Source of the DNA: Bythopirellula sp.
GTDB lineage: Bacteria; Planctomycetota; Planctomycetia; Pirellulales; Lacipirellulaceae
NCBI GenBank assembly: GCA_965216565.1
Contig: OZ244170.1
Location: 4,928,001 to 4,992,000, forward strand
Direction: 5' to 3'
DNA: 64,000 nt
Every line of letters begins with the position of its first letter. Within the stretch, counting starts at the first letter, position 1. Shown in pieces: positions 28,279 to 37,632 of this stretch. The translations under genes were made by a program, and so were the position numbers. A model generated the notes under the pieces. That model made no database searches and was not told the DNA's origin. It was given only the letters and a program-made list of their open reading frames with translations.

Positions 28279-29850
28279 CTAAAAGTCAACCATCGCCCGC
28301 ATGCCGAGAATGGTGTAGTGCCCGGATCTTGGCGGAATGACTGCCGCGACATCGTTGTTGTTGTCTCCATCACTGATTGCTGCGTCGTCAATCTCACCGT
28401 AGATGGCATTGAACTGCAGGCGAGCGTAAGCGTTCCAATACCAGTTGATTCCTAGTGTGTGGCTCAACCCTCGACCACCGAAAATGTTGTCGTCGATAAA
28501 ATCTGCATACGATAGGCGATAGGCAAGCTGCCAGGCACCCCAACCACCTCTCACACCGTCGTGGCAGGTGTCGACTAGAAAAAAGTTTTCGATGGGTTTG
28601 ATACGATCGAGAATACCCAGCGAGCGTTTCCACGGCATGTGTTCGCCTGTTAGAAAGTACGAGGCATACATGTAGGCGCCATCGAATCTCAAGTCGCCGC
28701 CAAATCCAGGATCGCGTTCCAGCCAGATGTTTTGATATTCGCCTACAAGTTGTAATGGCCCGAAGTTCCAAACGTTTTCCAAGCCCAGCAGTTGATAGTT
28801 GTCTGCCCCGGCGATATCGCCCGTATTGAGCCAGCGATTATCGGAGCGTGCCTCGGGACGGTGGCGGAATTGGGCTTCGTTGTCCGACCGATTGCCGCCG
28901 GCGCTGCCATCGGGCTCGGCGTAGGTACCGGAGACCGCCCAGTGACCATAGCCCCGCCCACCAGAAGTCTCGTCGTACCAAAATGTGTTTGCCAAACGAC
29001 TAGCAAACTCCAGCTGCCAATGATCGCTCCGGTAGAATCCTTCGTCCTGGAGGAGCCTCTGGTTGAAAATGCCGTACCGCCAGTTCCAAGCCTCGTCCTC
29101 TGATACACCGTAGGACATCACGCCCAAGCGTCGAGCGTCCTGATTAAAAGACTCGATCACAAAAGGTCGCTCGAGAAACACGTTGTAACGACTACTATTG
29201 AGGTGGTCCAAGCCGTAAGGGCGTTTCTGATTGCCGACGAGTAGGGTTTGCAATAGCGGGAGATCTTCCCAACCTAAATAGGCGTCGCGGAATTCAGATT
29301 CATTGCCTCCGGCAAACTCCATTTCGATTCTGTAGAGCATCGTCTTCCAGATATCGCCTTTGACGCCAAAGCGCAAACGGCGGAAACCAAAGGCATCTTG
29401 CGGAGAAAGCAACGGGTCGCCAGTTTCAAAGACATTCACTCCCGAACTGCTGTCTGGGAAAGACCACATGTCTGCGTGGATCCGACCATTGACCTTCATG
29501 GTCGCTTCGCCGTGCCCACTTGAAGCTAGCACTTTCAGACCGTCTTTCAGATCCTGGGAGTCCTCATCGAGCTTCTTGTAGTCGTCGCCAAGGTCAGAAT
29601 AGTTGCCTTCTAGCCGGGCGACTCGTTCCTCAAGCGTCAGCTCTTCTTCGGCGTCATCACTTTCAAGAAACGAGTAGCTGGCAGCCTGCTGAACTGTTTC
29701 CACCGGTGGGAGGGGCTGAATAGCCGCTTCCTCGCTGAAAGCCAACTCTCCCGACGCCAACAACAAACCACAGACTAGGGCAAAGAAGCCACGAAGCCCC
29801 GACTTCCCCCTCAATCGCTGGAAGAATTCCACTTGGTTCCCATCCGCCAT
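28279..29850 (-). CDS. OprO/OprP-family (phosphate-selective) porin
   Basis: GRIHAD, FRRLRFGVKG, GNQKRPYGL, SSRYNVFLER, SYFLTGE, GINWYWN, terminal F. Start uncertain. Confidence 0.88.
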   Translation of the reverse strand: MADGNQVEFFQRLRGKSGLRGFFALVCGLLLASGELAFSEEAAIQPLPPVETVQQAASYSFLESDDAEEELTLEERVARLEGNYSDLGDDYKKLDEDSQDLKDGLKVLASSGHGEATMKVNGRIHADMWSFPDSSSGVNVFETGDPLLSPQDAFGFRRLRFGVKGDIWKTMLYRIEMEFAGGNESEFRDAYLGWEDLPLLQTLLVGNQKRPYGLDHLNSSRYNVFLERPFVIESFNQDARRLGVMSYGVSEDEAWNWRYGIFNQRLLQDEGFYRSDHWQLEFASRLANTFWYDETSGGRGYGHWAVSGTYAEPDGSAGGNRSDNEAQFRHRPEARSDNRWLNTGDIAGADNYQLLGLENVWNFGPLQLVGEYQNIWLERDPGFGGDLRFDGAYMYASYFLTGEHMPWKRSLGILDRIKPIENFFLVDTCHDGVRGGWGAWQLAYRLSYADFIDDNIFGGRGLSHTLGINWYWNAYARLQFNAIYGEIDDAAISDGDNNNDVAAVIPPRSGHYTILGMRAMVDF

Positions 29851-30205
29851 TAGATTCCCTCGATGCCGAAGTTCACAATCAACCAACAATCTAGCGCGAT
29901 TCCATTGCCCAGCTATGGATTGCCAACCCTTCAATCCGGGTACGAAGCGGGGTTCCGCTTGTAACGATTGATCGGCTTATGCCACTTGTATCGGAAATTC
30001 CCGTGGCTGCATTTGGTTTGAGAGGCTTTTATGAAGACGAATTCATGGAAGAGAACTTGTTCAAACCGGATAATCGGAAAAGTTTGACAAGTGTGTGCTA
30101 GCAAGCAGCCGTGAAGAGATGGCTGCGATTCGCAATTTTTCATGTATCTATTGAGAACACACAGCCGTAGTCGCATGCCAGCCTGAGGCCGAAATGCGAG
30201 CAAGT

Positions 30206-32071
30206 TTAGCTTCCTGCTTCAAAGTCGACTTCTTCGTACTTCACCCGCATATTGAGCATTTCCTGCTCGCTCTTCAAGCCGAATCGTACTGCCGCTTCTG
30301 GGTCGGGATTGTTCGGATTGAGGTACGAATTGTCGAAGTGGGCCACGCTGAGTAAAGCGTCACCCGCTTTGAGCTCGAGCGGATGGACAAACTCGTAGGT
30401 GCGTTGCCAGTTAAAATCGTAAGTGGCCACACGCAGTACGAGCGTCCGCTTTTCTGCATCAGTGCCGGGATTCTCAACTTTGTAGAGTGTAAAATCCTTG
30501 CCCCGGTAATGCATATGCGGTCCGAGCGCGTGGATCACTACGTCAGTGGGAAATTGGTAGTACGATAGCTTCTCGTAGTGCTGGTCGTGGGGTCGCAGAC
30601 GTAAGTCTTTTCGATTGAACACCTTGGTCAGGATTACATGCTCTGGCTTCCCTGGTGCCCAGGTGATACCCATCCGCGAGACGTCAGGCTTTTCCTCACG
30701 GCCAGTCGGTGTGTAGTGCATTTCGAAGAAGAGGTCGTGCCCCGCTGGTAATTTCAGCGAATAACCTTCCGGATAAACGCGGGCATTGAACGGGTCGCCG
30801 GCGATGTAGTCGCCGATCTTCTTGACCTTATCGCCTGTCAGACCATACAGCTTCAGCATGGCCTTGTTTGCTGAGAGTTTTTCGTCCGAAGCGGGGCCTA
30901 TAATGGCACCCATGTGATGAACCACAGACTTGTTGCCCGGCTTCATTTCGATGCTCTGGATGTAGCGGTCCTCATCGTAGTTCGCCTTGATTCGGTAAAA
31001 CTGATATTCATCGAGCCGATATTTGGGGACCACGTAGGGTTCGGGCATTTCGTAAACGAAGTCCGGCGTGCCGATTTTCCAAGTTTCACTGGATGGCCAT
31101 TGTTGGGGTTCAGGGGCGTCTGCCGCATTCCCCACGGGCATGTCCGCCTCAACCCAGGCGCGGAACATGTTGATTTCATCCTGCGTCAGGCGGATGTCGT
31201 TTTTGAAACCGCCCAACCCATTTTCATGCGTTGTCGAGCCATGCCAGGGAGGCATCAGACGGTTTTCCATTCGGCTAAGCATCACGCCACTCATGGCAGC
31301 CACATTCTCGTAGTTGTCAAAAGTGGCGAAGAGTTCCGCCCCAGGTTCCCCCTCTCGATGACACTCGATGCAGCTTTTCTGCATGAGTCGGGCAATCTCT
31401 TTGTGGTAGGTCACGCCCTCGAACGGACTGGGGTCGAATGGGGCTTTGCTCGCTATGGGGCAGCCGGAAGCAGCAGTCTCGGCGACTGGCGGTTTCTCGC
31501 CTTGGAGAAAGCTCTCTAGGGCGTCGGCCAGGTACTCTTGCTTCTCGTTACTCGCCCCGCCGCCAAACCACTGGCCATTGATCTGACCGCGATAGACAAT
31601 TTGTCGCTGGCTATAGCCTTGGCGCACGTCTAGCATGATTGCATGGGGCGTGGTCTTCAGTCCCAAGTCACGGAACCAGGGTGAATTGGGATCGTCCTTG
31701 AAAACAGGGAACGACAGGTTCGTCTCTGTCGCGTACTCAGCGATTTCCCGCAGATCGTCGACACCGTTGGGAAACAGGGCAACGAATTGAATGCCTTGAT
31801 CGAAGTGCTTGGCTTGCAATTCGTTGAGCAACGGCACCATCCGTCTGGCGAGAGGGCATTTTGTTGAGAAAGTCACAACCACTAAGGCGGACGTTTGCTT
31901 ACTCGGAGAGGTAGAGACGAGCTGATGGGGTAGCAGCGTATCGCCCCAACGACCGGTCAATTCTGCTTCGGCGGCTCCCAGAGCACATGCCGGCACAATC
32001 GTTACCAACACTATCAATACAGTAATTCGAAGGTGGAAATTCACAGCTACTAAACGCTCCAGGCCGCACAA
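30206..32071 (-). CDS. secreted redoxin - cytochrome c - copper type II monooxygenase-like fusion protein
   Basis: Thioredoxin fold STKCP...YRGQIN...ASGCPI; heme motif CIECH followed by MPPW; VVHH, EMHY, PHMH, YDFNWQ, EQEM. Confidence 0.8.
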   Translation of the reverse strand: MCGLERLVAVNFHLRITVLIVLVTIVPACALGAAEAELTGRWGDTLLPHQLVSTSPSKQTSALVVVTFSTKCPLARRMVPLLNELQAKHFDQGIQFVALFPNGVDDLREIAEYATETNLSFPVFKDDPNSPWFRDLGLKTTPHAIMLDVRQGYSQRQIVYRGQINGQWFGGGASNEKQEYLADALESFLQGEKPPVAETAASGCPIASKAPFDPSPFEGVTYHKEIARLMQKSCIECHREGEPGAELFATFDNYENVAAMSGVMLSRMENRLMPPWHGSTTHENGLGGFKNDIRLTQDEINMFRAWVEADMPVGNAADAPEPQQWPSSETWKIGTPDFVYEMPEPYVVPKYRLDEYQFYRIKANYDEDRYIQSIEMKPGNKSVVHHMGAIIGPASDEKLSANKAMLKLYGLTGDKVKKIGDYIAGDPFNARVYPEGYSLKLPAGHDLFFEMHYTPTGREEKPDVSRMGITWAPGKPEHVILTKVFNRKDLRLRPHDQHYEKLSYYQFPTDVVIHALGPHMHYRGKDFTLYKVENPGTDAEKRTLVLRVATYDFNWQRTYEFVHPLELKAGDALLSVAHFDNSYLNPNNPDPEAAVRFGLKSEQEMLNMRVKYEEVDFEAGS

Positions 32072-32204
32072 CAGTCAGCCTTTTCATCAATTCCTTAAGT
32101 ATGACAGTCCGTAGAGCCCCGCTGGGTCGGAAAAAATGGCACTCTTACTAAGCGTAGGTCGCAAAAAAGCATCATCGCGGATCTTGCCCCCAGATTTGGT
32201 GAAC

Positions 32205-34187
32205 ATGCCATTCTCCCAACTCCTATTACGATCTCTTGCGATCGTGCTGATGTTCTCCACCCAATCGGTGGTCGCTGAGGGGGCAAACGCTGCGCTAACT
32301 GAGCGGGTTGCGCAGGCACAAACCGTCCTGGTTGGAGCCGAGCATCGTTTTGCCGAACCTGCCGACGCGTGGTTCACCGAGACTCAAGCCGACTTGCGGG
32401 AAGAAGTCGCGCGCGTGGAAGCTGCCTTTCTGGCGATGGATCCGCAAGAAGCAGAGGACTGGCGTCAGCATTTACATTGGCACTTGCTCACCGGCAAACT
32501 AGATTCGCGACCCGTAAGCTACCAAGGCCAGGCGAGCTACAAAGAGTTAGCCCTCGTTCGTCGCTGGCTTTATTCAAACCGCCCCGGCCTAGAAGGACCG
32601 ATTTTTGCCGATCTCAGGGTGAAGATGGACGCCCACCTCGACGCTGCGTTCACCTTTAGCCAGGATGAACTGCAGAATCAGTATCTCGCCAAGCTTGAGC
32701 TGGCCCGAGAGCAACTTCGGGCAATTGCGAACGATCCGTCCGACAAAAATGCGGTCGCCTTGGGGCGTACATTGGATTGGTTTGCTAAGACCGGCCAACT
32801 AGCGGGCGAAGTGGAAGAGATCCGAACACTACTTTCCCAACCCAACGCGCAGATCATAGTTTCAGAAGCATTTGCCGGACAAATATTACAGATTTTCGAT
32901 ACCGAAGTGAGAGACTCGTTTCCGGTGAGGGACCTCAACAGGGCGCCGCCTAGCGGACTGCGTCAAAAACGTCGCACTCTTAAAGTCCGAGGCACGGCAA
33001 ATACTACGGGCACCACGACACTAGATGTGACGCCGAACGAGGAAGACGCGGAAATCAGCTTGGTTTTCACAGGCGACGTCTTTGCCCGCTGCAAAGCAGA
33101 TGCAGGCCCCGCTGTGATCCACGTGATTACCTCGGGACCGGTCACCGCCCTAAAACCTGTGCTGTTTAGCACGACGGGATGGGCTCTGGGAGAAACTGAA
33201 GTCGACGCGCCGGTGAATACTCGTCTCACCAACATCACAGCCGAGCGCCGCATCATCCGAGGACTGGCTCGCCGGCAGGCAGAAAAGCCCGAGTCGATGG
33301 CCCATATGCGTTCCACGGCAAAAGCACATACATCCAAGATGATCGTCGAGAACATGGACAAACGGGTCGACGAAGCTGTGGCCGAGATCCGGGCGGAGTT
33401 CCAAAGAATGCGCGGCTCGATGGAAGGATTTTCCGAGGTCGTCGCCCCTCTTCGCCGTGAGGGTGCCACGCCCGAGTTAGTGGGCCTAAGGAGCACGGAC
33501 GATGCCTTGGTGGTGAATGCTGCGAGTATCCGACGCAGCCAGTTTGGCGCGTTACTCCCTTACGAAAATGACACGGTCGGCGGAGATATCCAGTTCCGGG
33601 TGCACTTGTCCTTTCTGAATAATTCGCTGGAAACGATTTTGGGCGGCAAAACGCTCTCGGACGAATTTCTCATGCGGTACGCCAAGATCCTGCAGGCACA
33701 ACTGCCGATCCCGTTGATGGTGCATTCACGCTCGACCCGTTGGGCGATCACTACCGAAAAGCACCGTCCTCTGGAGCTAGAAATTCCCGAACCCAATCGT
33801 CTGCAATTCACAATGCGCATCACTGCGGTCGATATCAACGGCGAGAGGCTCGACACGCCCGCTACGGCAACCATGAAATACGAAGTCGTGAAGAACGATT
33901 TCGACGAGTACGAACTTATTCGCGACGGATCGGTGGAACTTGAAACGGTGCTTCCCAGCGATGCCAGAGATTTTCTGCTGGAAAAGCTCGATGCGTTCTT
34001 CGCCCCTCGACTCGATGCCGGGGGCGTGGCGGTGCCCGATGGTGGCGTGATGGGGGCGCTCAATGGTATTGAGCTGGCCGGGCTGAGCATCGCGGAAGAT
34101 TGGTTTGTGTTGGGAATGAACATTCCGCAGGACGTCTTCGATTCGGTCCGAGCTTTTCAAGAGCAGGCCGCAACTGACCAAAACTAG
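32205..34187 (+). CDS. secreted hypothetical protein (planctomycete type)
   Basis: Long ORF with signal peptide, helical N-terminal half and beta-rich C-terminal half; normal codon usage. Confidence 0.7.
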   Translation: MPFSQLLLRSLAIVLMFSTQSVVAEGANAALTERVAQAQTVLVGAEHRFAEPADAWFTETQADLREEVARVEAAFLAMDPQEAEDWRQHLHWHLLTGKLDSRPVSYQGQASYKELALVRRWLYSNRPGLEGPIFADLRVKMDAHLDAAFTFSQDELQNQYLAKLELAREQLRAIANDPSDKNAVALGRTLDWFAKTGQLAGEVEEIRTLLSQPNAQIIVSEAFAGQILQIFDTEVRDSFPVRDLNRAPPSGLRQKRRTLKVRGTANTTGTTTLDVTPNEEDAEISLVFTGDVFARCKADAGPAVIHVITSGPVTALKPVLFSTTGWALGETEVDAPVNTRLTNITAERRIIRGLARRQAEKPESMAHMRSTAKAHTSKMIVENMDKRVDEAVAEIRAEFQRMRGSMEGFSEVVAPLRREGATPELVGLRSTDDALVVNAASIRRSQFGALLPYENDTVGGDIQFRVHLSFLNNSLETILGGKTLSDEFLMRYAKILQAQLPIPLMVHSRSTRWAITTEKHRPLELEIPEPNRLQFTMRITAVDINGERLDTPATATMKYEVVKNDFDEYELIRDGSVELETVLPSDARDFLLEKLDAFFAPRLDAGGVAVPDGGVMGALNGIELAGLSIAEDWFVLGMNIPQDVFDSVRAFQEQAATDQN

Positions 34188-34331
34188 AGGCTCTCTGCGG
34201 TCTACCCCAGCCACCCAATTGCATCTAGATTCTGAGTTTGCTAGTCCGGCGGTGCACCACCGTAGGCATCGCAAACGGCGCAGTTATTGAGATTGATAGA
34301 ACGCTACCCGCGGCTAGCGCCGTCGGCTCAC

Positions 34332-35147
34332 TTACGTAGTGCAAATACTGCGGTGGGCGACGATTTCTCCGCCCAGTGCGATCGCCACTGTGCTTACCGA
34401 GAGCAGGGTGATGACGTCGGCCCAAGCGAATTCACCGGTTTGGATTGTGATCGCCGGGCGATAGTATTCCATCACACTCAACCAAGCAACGGCGTCGGCA
34501 GGTTCCCAGAATTGGGCCAGGAAATTCAGCAGAAATGAAACCAATACTAAGCCGATCGTGACGCCCACGGCGCGGCCGCGACGATCGCTGTTGGCGGAAA
34601 CGAAAAACGTGAACGCACCCACCGCCAGATACACGCAGTACTGATTCACAAGGACGTAGGCAGCTTCCCAGGGTTGCGGTCGCATCTCCGCCGGCATCCA
34701 CGGAGCCGCCAAACGATGCCCCGCATAACCCATCGACAAGACAAACAAACCGGCGATCAGCCACGCCAAGACCTCGGTGTAGTACGCCTTCCGCCGCGAG
34801 ACGGGGAGGCCCAGCAAGACATCGATCGTACCGCGATCAATTTCCCCAGCCGGGAAACGTGTGCAAAACACAATGGCATGCGTCCACAGTAGGGTGAGGA
34901 TGGTGGGATGTACCCACAACAATGCCTGCATCGCCTTGGCGTTGATTTCCTCGCCAAATTCGGAGCCCAAGATGGCACTCATGATCTGTTTGGAAAATGG
35001 CAACTGCTCGAACATTTCATCCATGCCATCTTGGAACTTGGGCACGACGTAGGTCAGCAGGGCATCGACGCCCAGCAGGGCCAAGCCGAGGATCAGGGTC
35101 ATCACCCACACTTCGTGCCAGATTTTTAATAGCAGGCCGCGGATCAT
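34332..35147 (-). CDS. ABC-2 type exporter permease
   Basis: Six TM segments; AGEIDRGTIDVLLGLPVSRR motif. Confidence 0.9.
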   Translation of the reverse strand: MIRGLLLKIWHEVWVMTLILGLALLGVDALLTYVVPKFQDGMDEMFEQLPFSKQIMSAILGSEFGEEINAKAMQALLWVHPTILTLLWTHAIVFCTRFPAGEIDRGTIDVLLGLPVSRRKAYYTEVLAWLIAGLFVLSMGYAGHRLAAPWMPAEMRPQPWEAAYVLVNQYCVYLAVGAFTFFVSANSDRRGRAVGVTIGLVLVSFLLNFLAQFWEPADAVAWLSVMEYYRPAITIQTGEFAWADVITLLSVSTVAIALGGEIVAHRSICTT

Positions 35148-36055
35148 TTGCTATTGCCGGTCGCCTTAGTTTCGGTTGTGAGGTAGTACTGGTGAAAAAC
35201 ACTCTCCAGGTCGGGCGGACCGATGCTGATGTCCGCCAGTGGCTCGTCGGCTGCCCAGCGGACCAACTCGGGGGTTGTTCCATGCAGTTCACATACGCTG
35301 AGGCTTTTCGTACTTCGTACCTCCTGGAGAAATACCGGCAGCTGCGAGGCTTGCCGAGTTGATTCGTTGTGGAACACCAGCTCGACGATTCGTGGGGCCC
35401 GATTGCGAAGCGATTCAAGCGGTTCGTCGGCAACTATCGAACCTTTGCGGACGATTGCCACACGATCGCACAGATTCTCGACCTCACTGAGGGTGTGGCT
35501 GGAGAAGAATACCGTGTGGCCTTGGGATGCCATTTCCCGCAGTTGATTGGCTAGTTCAATTTGCACTAATGGATCGAGACCCGAAGTCGGCTCGTCAAGC
35601 ACAACTAATTTTGGCTGATGGGCTAGTGCCAACACGAGGCCCACTTTTTGCCGATTGCCTCGCGACATCCTGCGCACGGGCACATCCATCTCCAGCTCGA
35701 ACCGCTCGGCCATTGCTTCGCCGTGCGCCATAATATCTGTGCCGCGAATCAGTCCGAAAGTGCGCAGGGCACGCCGGGCTGTTAGCCACGGATAGAGCCG
35801 GAGATCGCCGGGAAGATAGCCAACATCCTGTTTGACGTGGGCACTCGCGTTCCAACAATCTCTGCCAAAGATATCTGCCTGGCCTGCGTCGGGCTTCAAG
35901 AACCCGAGCAGCAGCCGAATAGTTGTCGATTTGCCCGCCCCGTTGGGACCCAGGAAACCGAAGATCTCGCCCTCTTCAATCCGAAGATTGACATTCTCAA
36001 TTCCCACTCTTGCACCGTAGGAGCGTGACAATTGTTCTGTATGAATTACACTCAT
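35144..36055 (-). CDS. ABC exporter ATP-binding protein
   Basis: GPNGAGKST, MSRGNRQKV, LDEPTSGLD, SSH; 4-nt overlap with the permease. Confidence 0.93.
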   Translation of the reverse strand: MSVIHTEQLSRSYGARVGIENVNLRIEEGEIFGFLGPNGAGKSTTIRLLLGFLKPDAGQADIFGRDCWNASAHVKQDVGYLPGDLRLYPWLTARRALRTFGLIRGTDIMAHGEAMAERFELEMDVPVRRMSRGNRQKVGLVLALAHQPKLVVLDEPTSGLDPLVQIELANQLREMASQGHTVFFSSHTLSEVENLCDRVAIVRKGSIVADEPLESLRNRAPRIVELVFHNESTRQASQLPVFLQEVRSTKSLSVCELHGTTPELVRWAADEPLADISIGPPDLESVFHQYYLTTETKATGNSK

Positions 36056-36223
36056 CGTCGACGCCAAAAGGAGCGGGATGGAATGAAGCTCTGGTCTTTG
36101 CAAACAAACCGACGCCGAATTAACTGATTAACTTCAGAGCAGGGTAGGTGCGGTTCGAAGCCTACCTAGCGTTCATTCGTTCAATGCGTCTGATTCGTGG
36201 TCCCCAATGCGCACCGGTCGAAT

Positions 36224-37315
36224 TTAAACATTGAACAAAAAGTGGCAGACATCGCTGTCCTGCATCACGTAGCCCTTGCCTTCGACGCGAATCTTGCCTG
36301 CTTCGCGAAGGGACTTTTCGCTGCCAAACTCGTCGAGGTCGTCCACCGAGTAGGTTTCGCAACGGATAAAGCCGCGCTGAAAATCGGTATGAATTGCTCC
36401 GGCTGCCTCCGGGGCGGTCGCTCCCACAGGAATGGTCCAGGCACGGATCTCTTTTTCGCCGGCGGTAAAGAAACTTTGTAAACCCAGCAATTCATAGGCC
36501 GCCCGCGCCAAAGCAGCCAAGGCGGGCTCCTTAAGATCCAGGCTCTCGAGCATCTCTTTGCGCTCTGCTTCGTCTAGCTCGACGAGCTCCGATTCCAAGC
36601 GGGCACAAACCGGCACCACGGCGCCGTTCTCTGCGGCAGCTTTCTCTCGCAATGCTTGCACATGGGGACCCTGGCCAAGCAAGTCGTCTTCGTCGACGTT
36701 GGCCACGTACAGCACGCGTTTGGCAGTGATGAGTTGCAGCTCTGCCAATGTCTTTGCCGAGCCCGCATCTTCGTAGTTCAACCCGCGCACCGGCAAACCC
36801 TCGGAAAGCCGCTTGTGGCAAGCCTCCAAAATGGTGAGACGATGTTTTGCTTCCTTGTCGCCTGCCCGTGCGGTGCGTTGAGCCTTGTCGGTCATCGATT
36901 CCACCGACTGCAAGTCCGCAAGCATCAACTCGGTATCGATCGTTTCCACATCTCGGATAGGATCAACCGCGCCATCCACGTGGGTGACATCGGCGTCTTC
37001 GAAACAACGGACGACGTGCAAAATGGCATCGACCGTGCGAATGTGGGAAAGAAACTGATTTCCCAAACCTTCGCCTTCAGAAGCGCCGCGGACGATACCG
37101 GCGATATCGACGAGCTTGAGTACCGCCGGGATGACCTTTTCGGTGGTGATGTGATTTTCGATGCGTTGCAAGCGGACGTCGGGTACGGGCACCGCGCCGA
37201 CGTTGGGCTCGATGGTGCAAAATGGGTAGTTTTCGCTAGCGATTCCTGCACAGGTCAGCGCGTTGAATAGAGTCGACTTGCCGACATTGGGCAGACCGAC
37301 GATTCCTGCTTCCAT
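36224..37315 (-). CDS. ychF: ribosome-binding ATPase YchF
   Basis: [51 protein letters not shown]. Confidence 0.97.
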   Translation of the reverse strand: MEAGIVGLPNVGKSTLFNALTCAGIASENYPFCTIEPNVGAVPVPDVRLQRIENHITTEKVIPAVLKLVDIAGIVRGASEGEGLGNQFLSHIRTVDAILHVVRCFEDADVTHVDGAVDPIRDVETIDTELMLADLQSVESMTDKAQRTARAGDKEAKHRLTILEACHKRLSEGLPVRGLNYEDAGSAKTLAELQLITAKRVLYVANVDEDDLLGQGPHVQALREKAAAENGAVVPVCARLESELVELDEAERKEMLESLDLKEPALAALARAAYELLGLQSFFTAGEKEIRAWTIPVGATAPEAAGAIHTDFQRGFIRCETYSVDDLDEFGSEKSLREAGKIRVEGKGYVMQDSDVCHFLFNV

Positions 37316-37632
37316 GGTCTGGTGGGCTCCGAGTGAGAGATGGGGCGGGGGGATAGAGGGTAGGAAAACCGTTGATTTTAGCTCAATTGGGCGAGGGCCA
37401 ACAGGACCATCCTCGCGGCCTTATCACGGGGCCCGGCTGGGGAGAAGTCGGGGCTGGCGGAAATTCTGGCGAACTTCCCTGGGCCGGGGACGTCCAACAG
37501 TTTTGCCCAGGGAATGCCAGCAGTGGCTTGCTCTAAGATGGTCAAAATTCGGCGACCCTGTAATAATTAGGCAGCCCGAATCTGATTAGGGCGTGCTGCG
37601 ACATTTTCTTCCCAGAAAAACTAATCAATCGA

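Noticed and set aside
27322..34187. Genomic island integrated at tRNA-Ala (also considered for tRNA-Leu and tRNA-Gly)
   Set aside because: No integrase seen, no duplicated tRNA 3' end noticed, and the downstream genes look native.
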